From Acidobacteriota bacterium (GTDB lineage Bacteria; Acidobacteriota; UBA6911; RPQK01; JAJDTT01): DNA of 64,000 nt. Of this stretch, positions 19,386 through 30,233 are shown piece after piece. The stretch's first letter is position 1. Every line of letters starts with the position of its first letter. The translations under genes were made by a program, and so were the position numbers. The DNA lies in the NCBI GenBank assembly GCA_965209055.1, contig OZ242374.1:4832001-4896000 (forward strand), read 5' to 3'. Under the pieces are notes generated by a model. The model was not told the DNA's origin. It did not search any database and saw only the letters and a program-made list of their open reading frames with translations.

Positions 19386-21332
19386 ATGAACCCGGAAATC
19401 GTGCCCGATCGGATGCAGCTCTCCGCCGCTTCGACCGGCTGCGGACCCGGCTCCCGAACCCTGTTCTTCATGGTCCTGACCGCCGCCGTTCTCTCCCCGG
19501 GCTGTACTCAGCCGGCTCCGGTCGAAACCGGGGAGGACGGCCGGTTCCCCATCTTCCACCGGACCGGGACTCCCATCTATTTCACCGATCTGAGCCGGGC
19601 ACAACCGGAGTCGGCCCTGACCCGGCGGGAGAAACGCTTCGCGTGGAGGCTCATCGACTACGAGACCGAGGACTTCAAGGGATCGCTGGTCTTTGCGGGG
19701 GAGGAGGCCGAAGCTCCCGACCTGACTCTGGGCTTGGACACGGCTGGCGTCCACGACGTGTACGTCGGCATGTTCAACACCGCCTGGAGGCCCTACCAGA
19801 ATATGCGCGTGCAGGCCAAGCTGAGCGGCGACCCGGCATTTTCGACACTGTTCCTGCCGGCGCCGGAGGGTCTGACCTCGGGTGTGCCCGAGGACGACAC
19901 TGTCCGGGGCCCCCGGATTCAGGAGGTCTATTACAAGACCGCCGACCTGAGCGGACAGGACCTCATCATCCGGCAACCGTGCCAGCGGGTCGTCCCGCCG
20001 GACCAGGAGTACGGCAACTTCTGCGAAAAGGTGTGGGTCGCCTACGTGAAGCTGGTGCCGCTGAATCCGGAAGAGGTGGAAGTCCTGAAGCAGGATCGGG
20101 CGCGATCCGACACCCGCCGGCTCTTCGGCTACAACGACTCGTGGGCCGTGGCCTGGGGACGTGCGGAACCGCCCTCGGCGGAATTCGTCCGGTCTCACCT
20201 GGAGCCCTACCGCAACACCGACTTCCGCCGGATCTACTGGGACGGGATCAGTGGGGAAGTCTGCAACTACTTCACCCGGATCGGAAAGATGTGGACCCGG
20301 GAACACTACCCGCTGGAGGATTTCGTCAGGAAGGGCGACCGGCTCCTGATCCAGTCCTGGACCGAGTACGTGGAGAAAGGGATCGATCCCCTCCGGGTGG
20401 CAGCCGACGCCGCCCACGAGATGGGTCTCGAGTTCCACGTCAACTACCGGCTGGGCTGGGGCCCCTTCTACTGGCCGCCGCCCTGGGAAGCCTTCAACCG
20501 GGGAGGTTTCGCGGACCGGCATCCCGAGTGGCGAACCGTGCGCCGGGACGGGACGCCCGGCACCGCCATGTCCTTTGCCTTTCCCGGAGTTCGAGACTAC
20601 ATGCTGAGTTTCGTGAAGGAGATGGCCGCCTATCCCGTCGACGGCATCGCCATCCTCTACAATCGCCAACCCCCGTACGTCGGGTACGAAGCGCCGCTGG
20701 TGGAGGGTTTCCAAGCCGAGTCCGGCAAGGACCCCAGGGAGCTGGACGAGCAGGACCCGGAGTGGCGGGAATGGTTGGCCTACCGGAGCCGGGCCACCAC
20801 CCGGTTCATGAGGGACCTTCGCGAGACACTGGAAGAATCGGCCCGGGAGCAGGGCCGGGACGAGCCCTTCGAGATCACGGCCTGGGTCTTCGGCAGCCTG
20901 CAGGAAAACCTGGAATTCGGATTGGATCCCGAACTCTGGGTGCGGGAGCGGCTGGTGGACACCCTGATCCCCTACTCGTCGGCCAAGCACCTCTTCAGTT
21001 GGCAGCCGTCGTGGGAAGACCCTCGGAACGTGGCCGCGTGGGTGTCGCTGACCCGGGGGACGGGAACCAAGCTCGCCCTGAACGTCATGCCCCGCAACCT
21101 GCCGGTGGCCGAATACAGGCGCAAGGCAAATGCCCTCTATGGCGCCGGCGTGGAGTATCTGGCCTTCTGGGACACGGTCATCCAAGGCAGCGCCTCGTCC
21201 CTGGCGCTGCGCCGCCTGGGACACGCCGAAGAGATCGCCGCCTGGCTGAAGGCGGGACAGCCGGCGGAGGAACTGCCCTTCTCCCGCTTGCGCAAACTGG
21301 GAGACTGGGACCTGAGCTTCTTTCCCGAGTGA
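19386..21332 (+). CDS. Putative lipoprotein with GHL10-like TIM-barrel hydrolase domain
   Basis: Lipobox-like LSPGC; AAHEMGLEFH, HPEW, SFAFPGVRDY and YPVDGI motifs. Confidence 0.6.
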   Translation: MNPEIVPDRMQLSAASTGCGPGSRTLFFMVLTAAVLSPGCTQPAPVETGEDGRFPIFHRTGTPIYFTDLSRAQPESALTRREKRFAWRLIDYETEDFKGSLVFAGEEAEAPDLTLGLDTAGVHDVYVGMFNTAWRPYQNMRVQAKLSGDPAFSTLFLPAPEGLTSGVPEDDTVRGPRIQEVYYKTADLSGQDLIIRQPCQRVVPPDQEYGNFCEKVWVAYVKLVPLNPEEVEVLKQDRARSDTRRLFGYNDSWAVAWGRAEPPSAEFVRSHLEPYRNTDFRRIYWDGISGEVCNYFTRIGKMWTREHYPLEDFVRKGDRLLIQSWTEYVEKGIDPLRVAADAAHEMGLEFHVNYRLGWGPFYWPPPWEAFNRGGFADRHPEWRTVRRDGTPGTAMSFAFPGVRDYMLSFVKEMAAYPVDGIAILYNRQPPYVGYEAPLVEGFQAESGKDPRELDEQDPEWREWLAYRSRATTRFMRDLRETLEESAREQGRDEPFEITAWVFGSLQENLEFGLDPELWVRERLVDTLIPYSSAKHLFSWQPSWEDPRNVAAWVSLTRGTGTKLALNVMPRNLPVAEYRRKANALYGAGVEYLAFWDTVIQGSASSLALRRLGHAEEIAAWLKAGQPAEELPFSRLRKLGDWDLSFFPE

Positions 21333-21368
21333 ACCCGCACCGCAGAGTCAAGCTGGGGGACTGATCCC

Positions 21369-22139
21369 GTGAAGAATCGAATCGCCCTTGTGACCGGCGC
21401 CGGCCGCGGCATCGGACGCGCCATCGCCACCGGGCTCGCCGCCGAAGGCGCGCCTGTCGCCGTCACCGCACGCAGCGTGGACGAACTGGAGAACCTGGCC
21501 CGTGAGGTGAGAGCCGGAGGTGGAGAGGCGCTGGTGGTCCCGGACGACCTGTCGGACCGGTCGGCTCCGCACCGCATCGTGCGGACCGTTGCCGACACCT
21601 GGGGTCCCATTGAGATCCTGGTCAACAACGCCGGTGTCGGAAGCAGTCAGAACCCCAAGCCTCTGGTGGAATTCGACGACGGCTTCTGGGACCTGACGCT
21701 CATGGTCAACCTGACCGCGCCCTACCTCCTCACCAAGCTGGTTCTCCCTTCCATGATGGAACGGGGATGGGGACGGATCATCAACATCTCCTCCATCGCC
21801 GGGAGAATCGGGGGTGAGCACGGCGCTGCATACGGCGTGAGCAAGCACGGTCTGTTGGGGCTGACCCGCAGCACGGCTGTCGAGGCAGCCGCTCACGGCA
21901 TCACCGCCAACGCCGTGTGCCCCGGCGTGACCCGCTCCCGCCTCAACGACCGGCGGCTGGAGTACGACTCCCGGAGGCTGGGGGTCAGCTTCGAACAACT
22001 GGAGAGGGAATCCACTCCGCTGGGACGCCGCCTGGAACCGGAAGAGGTGTCGGTCCTGGCCGTGCAACTGGCTCGGGACGAAGCGCGGGGCATCAACGGC
22101 CAGTGCATCAACGTCTGCGGCGGGCGGGTGTTCAGTTAG
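21369..22139 (+). CDS. SDR family oxidoreductase
   Basis: TGAGRGIG, NNAG, YGVSK and NAVCPG motifs. Confidence 0.92.
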   Translation: MKNRIALVTGAGRGIGRAIATGLAAEGAPVAVTARSVDELENLAREVRAGGGEALVVPDDLSDRSAPHRIVRTVADTWGPIEILVNNAGVGSSQNPKPLVEFDDGFWDLTLMVNLTAPYLLTKLVLPSMMERGWGRIINISSIAGRIGGEHGAAYGVSKHGLLGLTRSTAVEAAAHGITANAVCPGVTRSRLNDRRLEYDSRRLGVSFEQLERESTPLGRRLEPEEVSVLAVQLARDEARGINGQCINVCGGRVFS

Positions 22140-22149
22140 GTTGCCGCGT

Positions 22150-22267
22150 GGAAGGGCGACTTTCTTGTCGCCCATTCTTCGGTTCGCCCAATTGGAAGAC
22201 GCTACGCGGAGTGGGGACTCCGTCCCCCCTGCCCCCCTGAATCGGGGACAGGAATGTCCCCGCTCCC
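22150..22267. repeat. REP/REPIN-like inverted hairpin pair
   Basis: GGAAGGGCGACTTTCTTGTCGCCC and, inverted, CGGGGACAGGAATGTCCCCGCTCC; similar pair at 37258-37356. Confidence 0.55.
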
Positions 22268-22311
22268 ATTCCTTCCCTTTTGTCGGCGCCCGGGACTATA
22301 GTGGCCGGGTT

Positions 22312-23580
22312 ATGGCAACCAACAAATCAGAGCTCGATCGACGAGGATTTTTCCGGAGAAGCGGGTTGGCCGCCGCCGCTCTCTCGGCGCGAAGCTACGG
22401 GCGGGTCCGGGGGGCCAATCACCGGCTTCGCATCGGCATCATCGGTTGCGGAAAGATCGCCGGGAGCCACCACCTGCCCAAGCTCCTGAAGATGTCCGAG
22501 AGCGCCAACGTCGAGGTCGTGGCCGTGTCGGACGTTTACCGGTCGCGGGCCAAAAAATTTCAGGATCGGATTTCGAAGGCGGGTGGGAGGGCCATCGAGA
22601 AGCTCTTCCATCAGGACCTGCTGGAGATGAAGGACGTGGACTACGTCGTCATCGCCACCCCGGAACACTGGCACCACCGGCAGACTCTCGACGCGCTGGA
22701 TGCGGGCAAGCACGTCTACTGCGAAAAGCCCATGACCCACACCATCCCCGAAGCCCAGGAGGTGGTTCGGAAGGTCCGGGAGACGGGGCTCAAGCTGCAG
22801 GTCGGCGTTCAGGGGATGAGCGACGACAGCTACTCCAGCGCCAATCGGGCCATCCGGGCCGGCAAGCTGGGTACGGTGGTGGAAGCCCAGATGGAATATG
22901 TCCGCAATCACCCCCTCCACAAGGGCCCCTGGCGCAGGGGCATCCGGTCCGATGCGCCCAAGCCTCGCGATCTGGACTGGGACCGCTGGTTGGGGCCGGC
23001 GCCCAGGCGTCCCTGGTCTCCCCACCGTTTCTTCGAGTGGCGCAACTACAGGGACTATTCGGGAGGGATCTCCACGGACCTGTTCATTCACCGCCTCACC
23101 CGCGTGCTGAAAGCCTGCGAACTGACCTACCCGAATTCGGTTGCCGGGTTGGGGGGAATCTACATCTGGGACGACGGCCGCGACGTGCCCGACAACCTGG
23201 AGATGATCGCCGAATACCCCGCTGTCGAGGGAATCACCAATGGGATGACTCTGCACATGCTGGGCACCATGGCGAACAAGCATGGTGTCGAGCACTGTAT
23301 CCGGGGACACAGGGCCACGCTGGTCTTCACCAGGCGAGGCTGGAAGATCCTGGATCAGAGATCCGGCAAGGTCGTGGAAACCCACAGGAAGACGGGCGCC
23401 GAGGACATGGCGCTCCACCATCGCAACCTGCAGGCGGCTATTCGGGACGGCAAGGCTCTGGCGTGTCCGGCCGAGTTGGGACTGCGCGGAGTCGTCGCCG
23501 TGGTCATGTGCAACGAGTCCTGGGCTCGAAGGAAGCTCATGGCCTGGGATTACAGGAAACAGGAGATGGTCGAAGCGTAA
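22312..23580 (+). CDS. Tat-exported Gfo/Idh/MocA oxidoreductase
   Basis: DRRGFF, IGIIGCG, ATPEHWH, KHVYCEKP and WDRWLGPAP motifs. Confidence 0.9.
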   Translation: MATNKSELDRRGFFRRSGLAAAALSARSYGRVRGANHRLRIGIIGCGKIAGSHHLPKLLKMSESANVEVVAVSDVYRSRAKKFQDRISKAGGRAIEKLFHQDLLEMKDVDYVVIATPEHWHHRQTLDALDAGKHVYCEKPMTHTIPEAQEVVRKVRETGLKLQVGVQGMSDDSYSSANRAIRAGKLGTVVEAQMEYVRNHPLHKGPWRRGIRSDAPKPRDLDWDRWLGPAPRRPWSPHRFFEWRNYRDYSGGISTDLFIHRLTRVLKACELTYPNSVAGLGGIYIWDDGRDVPDNLEMIAEYPAVEGITNGMTLHMLGTMANKHGVEHCIRGHRATLVFTRRGWKILDQRSGKVVETHRKTGAEDMALHHRNLQAAIRDGKALACPAELGLRGVVAVVMCNESWARRKLMAWDYRKQEMVEA

Positions 23581-23598
23581 GGTGACGTTGCGGCGTAC

Positions 23599-24699
23599 TT
23601 ACAGCAGCCCGTAGAACAATTCTTCGTACTGTTCCGTGATTCGTTCCCAGTCGAAACGGCGGCGAACCCGATCCTGAGCCGCCTTCCCCAGTCCCCGGTA
23701 ATCCTCGGGGCTCTCGCAGACTCTGGCCATGAGACGGGCGAGCCGCGCCTCCTGGTTGAAGGGATAGAAGAGTCCGGCGTCGGCCACGGCTTCCCGATTT
23801 TCCGGGATATCGTTGACCAGCACCAGGCAGCCGGCTCCCATGGCTTCCAGCAAGCCGGGATGGATCCCGCCGATCTCCCCCCCGTAGACATAGCAGCGGC
23901 TGTGGGAGAGCAGCTCCCGGTACCCCTGCCCGTAGATGGCTCCGGGCAACAGCACGTTGATCCCGCGGGCCATTTGCCGCAGATGGTCGATGTACGGACG
24001 GTTGTAGGGAGCGTCGCCCACCACCACCAGGGGGAGATCCACACCCGACTGCCGGTAGGCGCGGATCACCCGATGGGCGTTGTTCTCCGGCTCCAGCCGG
24101 CTCACGAACAGCAGATACCGATTCGCCTCCAGACCCAGCTTCCGCAAGACCTCCCGGCTCTCCAGCCGCCCCACCGGCGCTCCATAGGGAATGAACGGAG
24201 ACTTCCTCCGGTAACGGCTGAGATAGTAGTTCTGAGTGGTCCGGGCGTCGGTCACGAAGCAATCGGGAAAGCGGACAGCCAGAGACTCTCCCATTCGATG
24301 GAATGACCGGCCCAACCAGTTCCACTTTTTCCTCTTCCGTTCGATGCCGTCCACGTTGAGGACCACCCTCTGGCCCGCCAGCCGCGGGAGCCAGCAAAGA
24401 AAGGCGTTGGCCGCGTTGCACACCAGGCAGACGTCGTAGCCCCGGAAACAGCCGGCCAGTACGGACAGGACGGTGTGGGATACCGTTTCCAGGTACTTGT
24501 GCCGGATCGAGGGCAGGACCCGAATGCGCACTCCTCTGTAGACGGAGAGCTTCGGATCTACGAAGTGGCTCCGTCCGTAAACCGTGACCCGGTGTCCCCG
24601 GCGGACCAGACGGACGGCCAGTTCCTCGGCAAAGGTCTCGAACCCGCCGTAGTTGGCGGGAATCCCGCGAGTGCCCAGGATGCCGACTTTCATCCCCAT
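23599..24699 (-). CDS. GT4 glycosyltransferase (DUF1972 type)
   Basis: GTRGIPANYGGFETFAEEL, NVDGIERKRKKW, RLEPENN and PGLLEAM motifs. Confidence 0.9.
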   Translation of the reverse strand: MGMKVGILGTRGIPANYGGFETFAEELAVRLVRRGHRVTVYGRSHFVDPKLSVYRGVRIRVLPSIRHKYLETVSHTVLSVLAGCFRGYDVCLVCNAANAFLCWLPRLAGQRVVLNVDGIERKRKKWNWLGRSFHRMGESLAVRFPDCFVTDARTTQNYYLSRYRRKSPFIPYGAPVGRLESREVLRKLGLEANRYLLFVSRLEPENNAHRVIRAYRQSGVDLPLVVVGDAPYNRPYIDHLRQMARGINVLLPGAIYGQGYRELLSHSRCYVYGGEIGGIHPGLLEAMGAGCLVLVNDIPENREAVADAGLFYPFNQEARLARLMARVCESPEDYRGLGKAAQDRVRRRFDWERITEQYEELFYGLL

Positions 24700-24883
24700 A
24701 GGCCAGTTCCCCTTCCGGGCCAGAGACTATCACCACTATCGCATCGAACCAGAGTGATCCGGTTGCCTCCCGACCCGGCGATATCCCTCCCGGAGCTCCC
24801 GAACTCCCGCTCTGGTTCCTTCGATTCGGCTTCCGCTCCCCCGGAACTCCGATTGCTACAATGGCGTTCGCAGGGAGCGACCG

Positions 24884-25309
24884 ATGGTGCACATCCGGGA
24901 CGGCGTCGACATCAAGGAGAACGAGTTCCGCTTCGTCTTCTCCCGCAGCGGCGGGCCGGGCGGGCAGAACGTCAACAAGGTGGACACCCGGGTCACCCTC
25001 GTCTTCGACCTGACGAGTTCCGGCAGCCTGACCCCCAGGCAGAAGGCCGAACTGCGACGGCGACTCGCCGGGCACCTCAACCGCCGAGGCGAACTGCGGG
25101 TGGTTTCTCAACGGCACCGGAGTCAATGGAGGAACCGGCAGGAGACTCTGGAGCGCTTCCGCCACCTGTTGGCGTCGGCCCTGGAGAAGCGGAAGCGGCG
25201 CTACGAAACCCGTATTCCGGCCCGCTCCAAAGTGCGGCGTCTGGAAAACAAGGCACGTCGCAGCCGGACCAAGCAAATGCGGCGTAAACCGGCGGCCTCC
25301 GAGTATTGA
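24884..25309 (+). CDS. arfB: Alternative ribosome rescue peptidyl-tRNA hydrolase
   Basis: RSGGPGGQNVNKV, RSQWRN and a basic C-terminal tail. Confidence 0.92.
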   Translation: MVHIRDGVDIKENEFRFVFSRSGGPGGQNVNKVDTRVTLVFDLTSSGSLTPRQKAELRRRLAGHLNRRGELRVVSQRHRSQWRNRQETLERFRHLLASALEKRKRRYETRIPARSKVRRLENKARRSRTKQMRRKPAASEY

Positions 25310-25336
25310 AACAGGAGTGTCCCCCCTCCAAAGGGT

Positions 25337-25738
25337 TCAGTGGAGATATACGACCGGCTTCAATCCCAGAAATTTGACCATGGGCAGGAAGTCACGGTCG
25401 GAGAACAGCAACGGGAAGCCTTCGTCGATACAGAAAGAGGCGATGACAACATCGACGGTATTGCGGATCGTGATCCCCGTCCTGCGCAACTCCCGGTAGC
25501 GCATGGCAGCCCGTTGTGTCCGCTCGCGGCCGAGCAGGTCGAAGGACGGAAGCTTCGCCAGTGCTCTCTCTGCTGCTCTGAAATCCGAGTCGTTTCGGAA
25601 TCCCTGGAGAACTTCCACCAGAATCAGGTCGCCGGTTGCCGCCACGTCCTGTCCCAAAAGATCATTGAGACGATGGGTCTCCTGTGTTGGGATGCCGTTG
25701 AAATAGTCGATCCAAACACTGGAATCGACCAGAATCAT
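25337..25738 (-). CDS. vapC: VapC PIN toxin
   Basis: MILVDSSVWIDYF, EVLQG, DVVIAS and LLFSDRDF motifs. Confidence 0.9.
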   Translation of the reverse strand: MILVDSSVWIDYFNGIPTQETHRLNDLLGQDVAATGDLILVEVLQGFRNDSDFRAAERALAKLPSFDLLGRERTQRAAMRYRELRRTGITIRNTVDVVIASFCIDEGFPLLFSDRDFLPMVKFLGLKPVVYLH

Positions 25739-25929
25739 CGGTCTCGCCTCATCTTTTCCAAATCACCCGTCCAACGAAGTTTGCCGCGCAATCCTCGGAT
25801 TTCTTCCTGTTCCTTCAAACGAATCAACGAGGCCAGACCCAATTCCACGACCTCACGTTTGGTCTTGGCCCCGGTGGCGCGCATGGCTCGTTGCAGGAGG
25901 TCGTCGTCAATGACAATATTCGTTCGCAT
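25735..25929 (-). CDS. vapB: VapB antitoxin
   Basis: MRTNIVIDDDLLQRAM...KTKREVVELGL...WTGDLEKMR. Confidence 0.88.
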   Translation of the reverse strand: MRTNIVIDDDLLQRAMRATGAKTKREVVELGLASLIRLKEQEEIRGLRGKLRWTGDLEKMRRDR

Positions 25930-25947
25930 TTGGAGGCCCTCCGGACT

Positions 25948-25977
25948 ATGTGTATAAATCAAGTGGATTATACACAT
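25948..25977. promoter_or_regulatory. Inverted repeat, probable vapBC operator
   Basis: ATGTGTATAA-N10-TTATACACAT upstream of vapB. Confidence 0.65.
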
Positions 25978-25991
25978 TTTTTGCGCGGGAA

Positions 25992-27362
25992 TCAAGTCTT
26001 GCGAGTCACTGCGACCTGGACGAAGCCGATCCGGAGGATCGGAACTTCCCTGACCAGGACAGGCCCGGTGGTGGATGAAGGAACGTCTCGGCGTTCCGCC
26101 GGCTGGACCGGCGATCCTTCTTCAGATCCCGTCGGCGAAAATTCCCGCCTCTGCACCGCATAAGGGGCCGTCAGGAAGAACAGCAGCAGGATCAGCACCT
26201 CCGAGTCGCCGAAGTTGTACTCCAGGCAGCCCGCCACGTGAAACGCCGCCGAGATGCAGAGGCCGTTCAGGCTCAGGAATCGGACCCATTCCGATTCGGA
26301 CCGGAGCCACATCCGGATCAGGTCCCGGATCAGGACGATCCAGAGCGCCAACCAGAACGCCAGTCCCACGAGGCCGGTTTCCGCGGCGACCTGGAGAAAA
26401 TTGTTGTGGAGGTGTTGATAAGCCCAATCGGGGTATTCCCGGTGTGACCGATACTTGAGAACCTCACTGTAGACCATGCCGGGCCCGACTCCCGTCCAGG
26501 GATGATCGGCAATAAGGCGGGATCCGGACCGGACCATCTCCAGACGGACCTGGGTCGTGGTGTCGCTCAAGTCCACACCTGACAGGAGACGGTCCCGAAA
26601 CGGTGTCGGCACCACGATCAACAGAGCCATCAGCGCCAGCAGCAACAGCAGCACCCGGGTCCTCTTCGTCAAGACCACCAACAGAAGACCGCCCGCGGCC
26701 GCTCCCAGCCAGGCGTTCCGGGTGAAGGTCACCAGCAGGCACCAGCTCAGGAGGATCAAAAGGAGCAACCCGAGGACTGGCAGGCGCCGGCGTCCCGTCT
26801 CCCCCCGTTTCGCCGCCGGGGAGCCGGCCGCCGTGAACCGCTCCCGGCAGAGAAAGACCCCCAGCGAGACGGCCCCCATCATGAGTTGGCCGGAAAAGGT
26901 CATCCAATGGCCCATGAAACCGGTGATCCGATGCTGCAGATCCGGCTCCATCAGCCAGTAGTACTGCGCCAAGGCGTAAACGGCGCTGGCGCCGACAACC
27001 CAATAGATGCGCCTCACGGTCCACTTCACGTGAACTGTCCCGAACCAGGTGAACATCAGGGGGACGAAGAGGAAGCGCACCAGTTTCTTGAGCGAGCCGG
27101 AACTGGTCCCGGGGTCTGCCGAGAAGAGCACGGCGATCCCGATGGAAATGACAAAGAGGAGGAGCGGCAGCGTGAAAGGAGGCCAACGGAGGTGAAGGCG
27201 CCGCCGCCGCAGCGTATCGACGATCCAGAGGAGCAGGGCAACCCCGGCGAAAATGTATGCCGCCGCGATGGAGATGAGAGACGCTACGATGGACGCGGCG
27301 GCGCACCAGGGAATCCAACGTGCCTGAATCTGACTGGAAATGTGCTGCTTTACCGATGCCAT
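25992..27362 (-). CDS. O-antigen ligase/Wzy_C family membrane protein
   Basis: Many TMs; TFTRNAWLG, HPWTGVG and HLHNNFLQVAAETG motifs. Confidence 0.85.
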   Translation of the reverse strand: MASVKQHISSQIQARWIPWCAAASIVASLISIAAAYIFAGVALLLWIVDTLRRRRLHLRWPPFTLPLLLFVISIGIAVLFSADPGTSSGSLKKLVRFLFVPLMFTWFGTVHVKWTVRRIYWVVGASAVYALAQYYWLMEPDLQHRITGFMGHWMTFSGQLMMGAVSLGVFLCRERFTAAGSPAAKRGETGRRRLPVLGLLLLILLSWCLLVTFTRNAWLGAAAGGLLLVVLTKRTRVLLLLLALMALLIVVPTPFRDRLLSGVDLSDTTTQVRLEMVRSGSRLIADHPWTGVGPGMVYSEVLKYRSHREYPDWAYQHLHNNFLQVAAETGLVGLAFWLALWIVLIRDLIRMWLRSESEWVRFLSLNGLCISAAFHVAGCLEYNFGDSEVLILLLFFLTAPYAVQRREFSPTGSEEGSPVQPAERRDVPSSTTGPVLVREVPILRIGFVQVAVTRKT

Positions 27363-27452
27363 TACACCGTTCGCCGAAGTGTTTCCCGAAGCCGGCTTCC
27401 GCTGTCTGCGGGAGAGATTACGACTCCGGCTTCCCGTCCGCAACATCCGCCA

Positions 27453-30233
27453 CTACCGGAACCTGACCTCGACCCGGGTCAGAACGGGGCTGGCTCCGCC
27501 GTTGGGAGTCGCGAGCCGGGCGCGGTACTGAAGCCAGGAATCGGACGGCTCGCCGCCGGAAACGGGACCCGGCTGCAGGATCCAGCTTCCGGACCCCGGG
27601 GAGCCTCTCCAGGCCGCCTGCCGCAGGGACTCCTCGCTCCCGGCGGTTCGAATCTGGAACGCGATCGTAGTTCCCAAGGGGGTCTCCGCCTCCCACCCGA
27701 TGGAGACGGGCCGGACGCCGGGTTCGAACCGGTGCGGCGGTGAGACATAGGTCTCGGCCAACTTCCGTGTGTAGATGTTCCCCGGGTCGCGGAGCATCTG
27801 GCCGTGCGGGCCCACGGTGGGAAGCCAGGTCCTGTCCCCAAGGGAAAAGCCTTCGGGTCCGTTCCAATAGAGGACCGACGGAGTCGTGTGCCGGATGGGT
27901 TCTCCCGGGCGATCGACGCTTCCGTCCCGCTTGTGGTTGAGCAGAAAGATGTCGGTCCAGCCGTCGCCGTCGAAATCGGCGGCCAGGGAGGCGGTCCCCG
28001 AGTCCCCCGGCAGGTTCAGGCGGCGGTCCGGATCGAATCCGGAGGCGCTTCCCCAATAGAGAAAGCAGGGGATGCTCCGGGCGGTGTTGCTGGAGTAGTT
28101 GGGCACGAACAGGTCCAGGAATCCGTCCCGGTCGAAGTCGGCCACACTGGGGTCCAGGGCCGACATGTGCGGCAGCGGCCGGCCCTCTCTCAAACGGAAA
28201 CCGTCCGCGGAACCGTAGTAGATCCGGACCTCCCCTTCTTTGTTCCGGGGATAGTCGTTGACCGGCGCCACCAGATCCAGCCAACCGTCCGAGTCGAAGT
28301 CCGCGGCCTCCAGGTAGGGGACCCGTCCCTTTTCGATCAACCGGTGGTGTTTCCCTCCAAATCCTTCCTCCGAACCATAGACCAGGTGCAGTCCGTCCTT
28401 GGCGGAGCCTCCCGCCAGGTCCAGATACCCGTCGCGGTTCCAATCGGCCACCACCGGGGGAAACCCCAATCCGCCGACGGGAATCACCTCGCGCCGCAGA
28501 GGGGCGAAACCGGATTCCCCACCGTAGAGGATGACGTAACCGCGGCGGCCGTGGGCGTCGCCCTCGGCGGCGCCGATCACCAGGTCCAGGTAACCGTCCC
28601 GGTTCAGGTCGGCGGTGACGGCCCCCATTTCCGGGTCCTCCGTCGAGAGGACGGCGCGGCGGCGGGGCTCGTAGCCGCCGGCTCCTCCGTACCAGACATA
28701 GACCCCGTTGAGGGTCACCGGACGCTCCAGTGCGTAGCGGGCCTCGGCCGACACCAGATCCACCCAGCCGTCGTCGTCCAGATCGGCCTGGGCGGTGCCC
28801 ACCGTATAGCCGGCCCAGAGTTGGCTGCGGCGCCGGGTCGAGTAGTTTCGGGTCCCGTCGCCCCAGTAGATGAAGTTGGGGTTGTAGCCGGTCCGGAGTC
28901 CCCCTTCCAGGTTGAAGAAGATCACGTCCGGGCGCCCGTCGTTGTTCACGTCGCCGATGCCGTTGCCATGGGCGCTCCGCGTGTCCAGCATGGACTTGTG
29001 ACCGGGGAAGAACTTCCCTTCCCGGTTCCAAAAGACGAAGGACTGGACGTTCAGGTCGTTGAAGGAGTGGTGGTTGCTCACCACCAGCTCGGGCCAGCCG
29101 TCCCCGTCCAGGTCCCCTGCGCTGATTCCCCGGGCGTGGACCGTGGCCAGGGGAGTTGGATCGGTCCCGGACAACCGTCCGCCGCGGTTCCAGAAGATCA
29201 GGGAGTCGGTGTAACCGTTCCCGGCGCGGTCGGAAGAGGTCACGGCCAGATCCGGCAGCCCGTCCCGATCGAGGTCCCGGACCGCCAACTGCCAGGGGTT
29301 CTCCACCTGAAGCCGCTGCCGGACCTGAAACCGGCCCGAAGCCGCCGCCAGAACCTGGACCCCCGATTCGACGGCAACGACCAGCTCGATCCGTCCGTCC
29401 CGGTCCAGGTCCCCGGCGCCCAGATGCCGTGCCTCCAGATCCAGGACGAGGGGCTTCTCCAGGTCCAACCCCTCCTCCCCGGCGGCATAGACGAAGACAC
29501 GGGACCCGGCGGCCAGCACCAGATCGAGCGCGTTGTCTCCGGCCAGATCGGCAGCCAGGACCGCAGTTCCCGGACCGGCCAGCGGGGTCCGGCGATGGGG
29601 ATCGAAGCCATGGGCCGAGTTCCAGTAGACGGCCGAGTGGACCGATTGCCCGCCTCTCCCCGGATTGGCGCAGGCAATGGCCAGATCCGGCCATCCATCC
29701 CGGTTCCAGTCCCCGACGGCGGCTTCCCTTCCGGACCAGGACGTCAGTCGCCGGCGCTCGGACACGGGGAACCGTCCCTCGGACCCGTAGTAGATGAAGC
29801 TGTCGGATTTGTTGGTCGTTCCGCCCGTTCCGTTGACCACCACCACGTCGCTGATGCCGTCCCGGTTCAGGTCCGCCACCAGCCCCTCGACGGCCCCATC
29901 CGTAGGCAAAGCGATCCTCCGGAGAGGATCGATGGTCTCGCCGTTGTTCAGATAGACGAAAGCGTCTTCGTCTTCACTGTGTCCGTGTCCGTTGGCCACG
30001 AACAGATCGATATGACCGTCCCGGTTCAGATCCAAACGGTTGATCAGTTGGATCCTGCCGCGCCGGGAAACGTAGATGTTGGAGCCGGAGTCCTCGAACT
30101 TCCCTCGGGAAAAGGCTTGAAATCCCTCGTGGCGCCACACTTGGGCCCAAAGCCCGGCGCCGGTGTCCTCCCCGGCGAGAAGCACCGTTGCCACCATTGC
30201 CGCCCAGAGCCGCCAACCAAGCTTCAGCTTCAT
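27453..30233 (-). CDS. Secreted FG-GAP/VCBS repeat protein
   Basis: Signal peptide and more than 12 DLNxDGxxDL repeats followed by YWG/YYG strands. Confidence 0.88.
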   Translation of the reverse strand: MKLKLGWRLWAAMVATVLLAGEDTGAGLWAQVWRHEGFQAFSRGKFEDSGSNIYVSRRGRIQLINRLDLNRDGHIDLFVANGHGHSEDEDAFVYLNNGETIDPLRRIALPTDGAVEGLVADLNRDGISDVVVVNGTGGTTNKSDSFIYYGSEGRFPVSERRRLTSWSGREAAVGDWNRDGWPDLAIACANPGRGGQSVHSAVYWNSAHGFDPHRRTPLAGPGTAVLAADLAGDNALDLVLAAGSRVFVYAAGEEGLDLEKPLVLDLEARHLGAGDLDRDGRIELVVAVESGVQVLAAASGRFQVRQRLQVENPWQLAVRDLDRDGLPDLAVTSSDRAGNGYTDSLIFWNRGGRLSGTDPTPLATVHARGISAGDLDGDGWPELVVSNHHSFNDLNVQSFVFWNREGKFFPGHKSMLDTRSAHGNGIGDVNNDGRPDVIFFNLEGGLRTGYNPNFIYWGDGTRNYSTRRRSQLWAGYTVGTAQADLDDDGWVDLVSAEARYALERPVTLNGVYVWYGGAGGYEPRRRAVLSTEDPEMGAVTADLNRDGYLDLVIGAAEGDAHGRRGYVILYGGESGFAPLRREVIPVGGLGFPPVVADWNRDGYLDLAGGSAKDGLHLVYGSEEGFGGKHHRLIEKGRVPYLEAADFDSDGWLDLVAPVNDYPRNKEGEVRIYYGSADGFRLREGRPLPHMSALDPSVADFDRDGFLDLFVPNYSSNTARSIPCFLYWGSASGFDPDRRLNLPGDSGTASLAADFDGDGWTDIFLLNHKRDGSVDRPGEPIRHTTPSVLYWNGPEGFSLGDRTWLPTVGPHGQMLRDPGNIYTRKLAETYVSPPHRFEPGVRPVSIGWEAETPLGTTIAFQIRTAGSEESLRQAAWRGSPGSGSWILQPGPVSGGEPSDSWLQYRARLATPNGGASPVLTRVEVRFR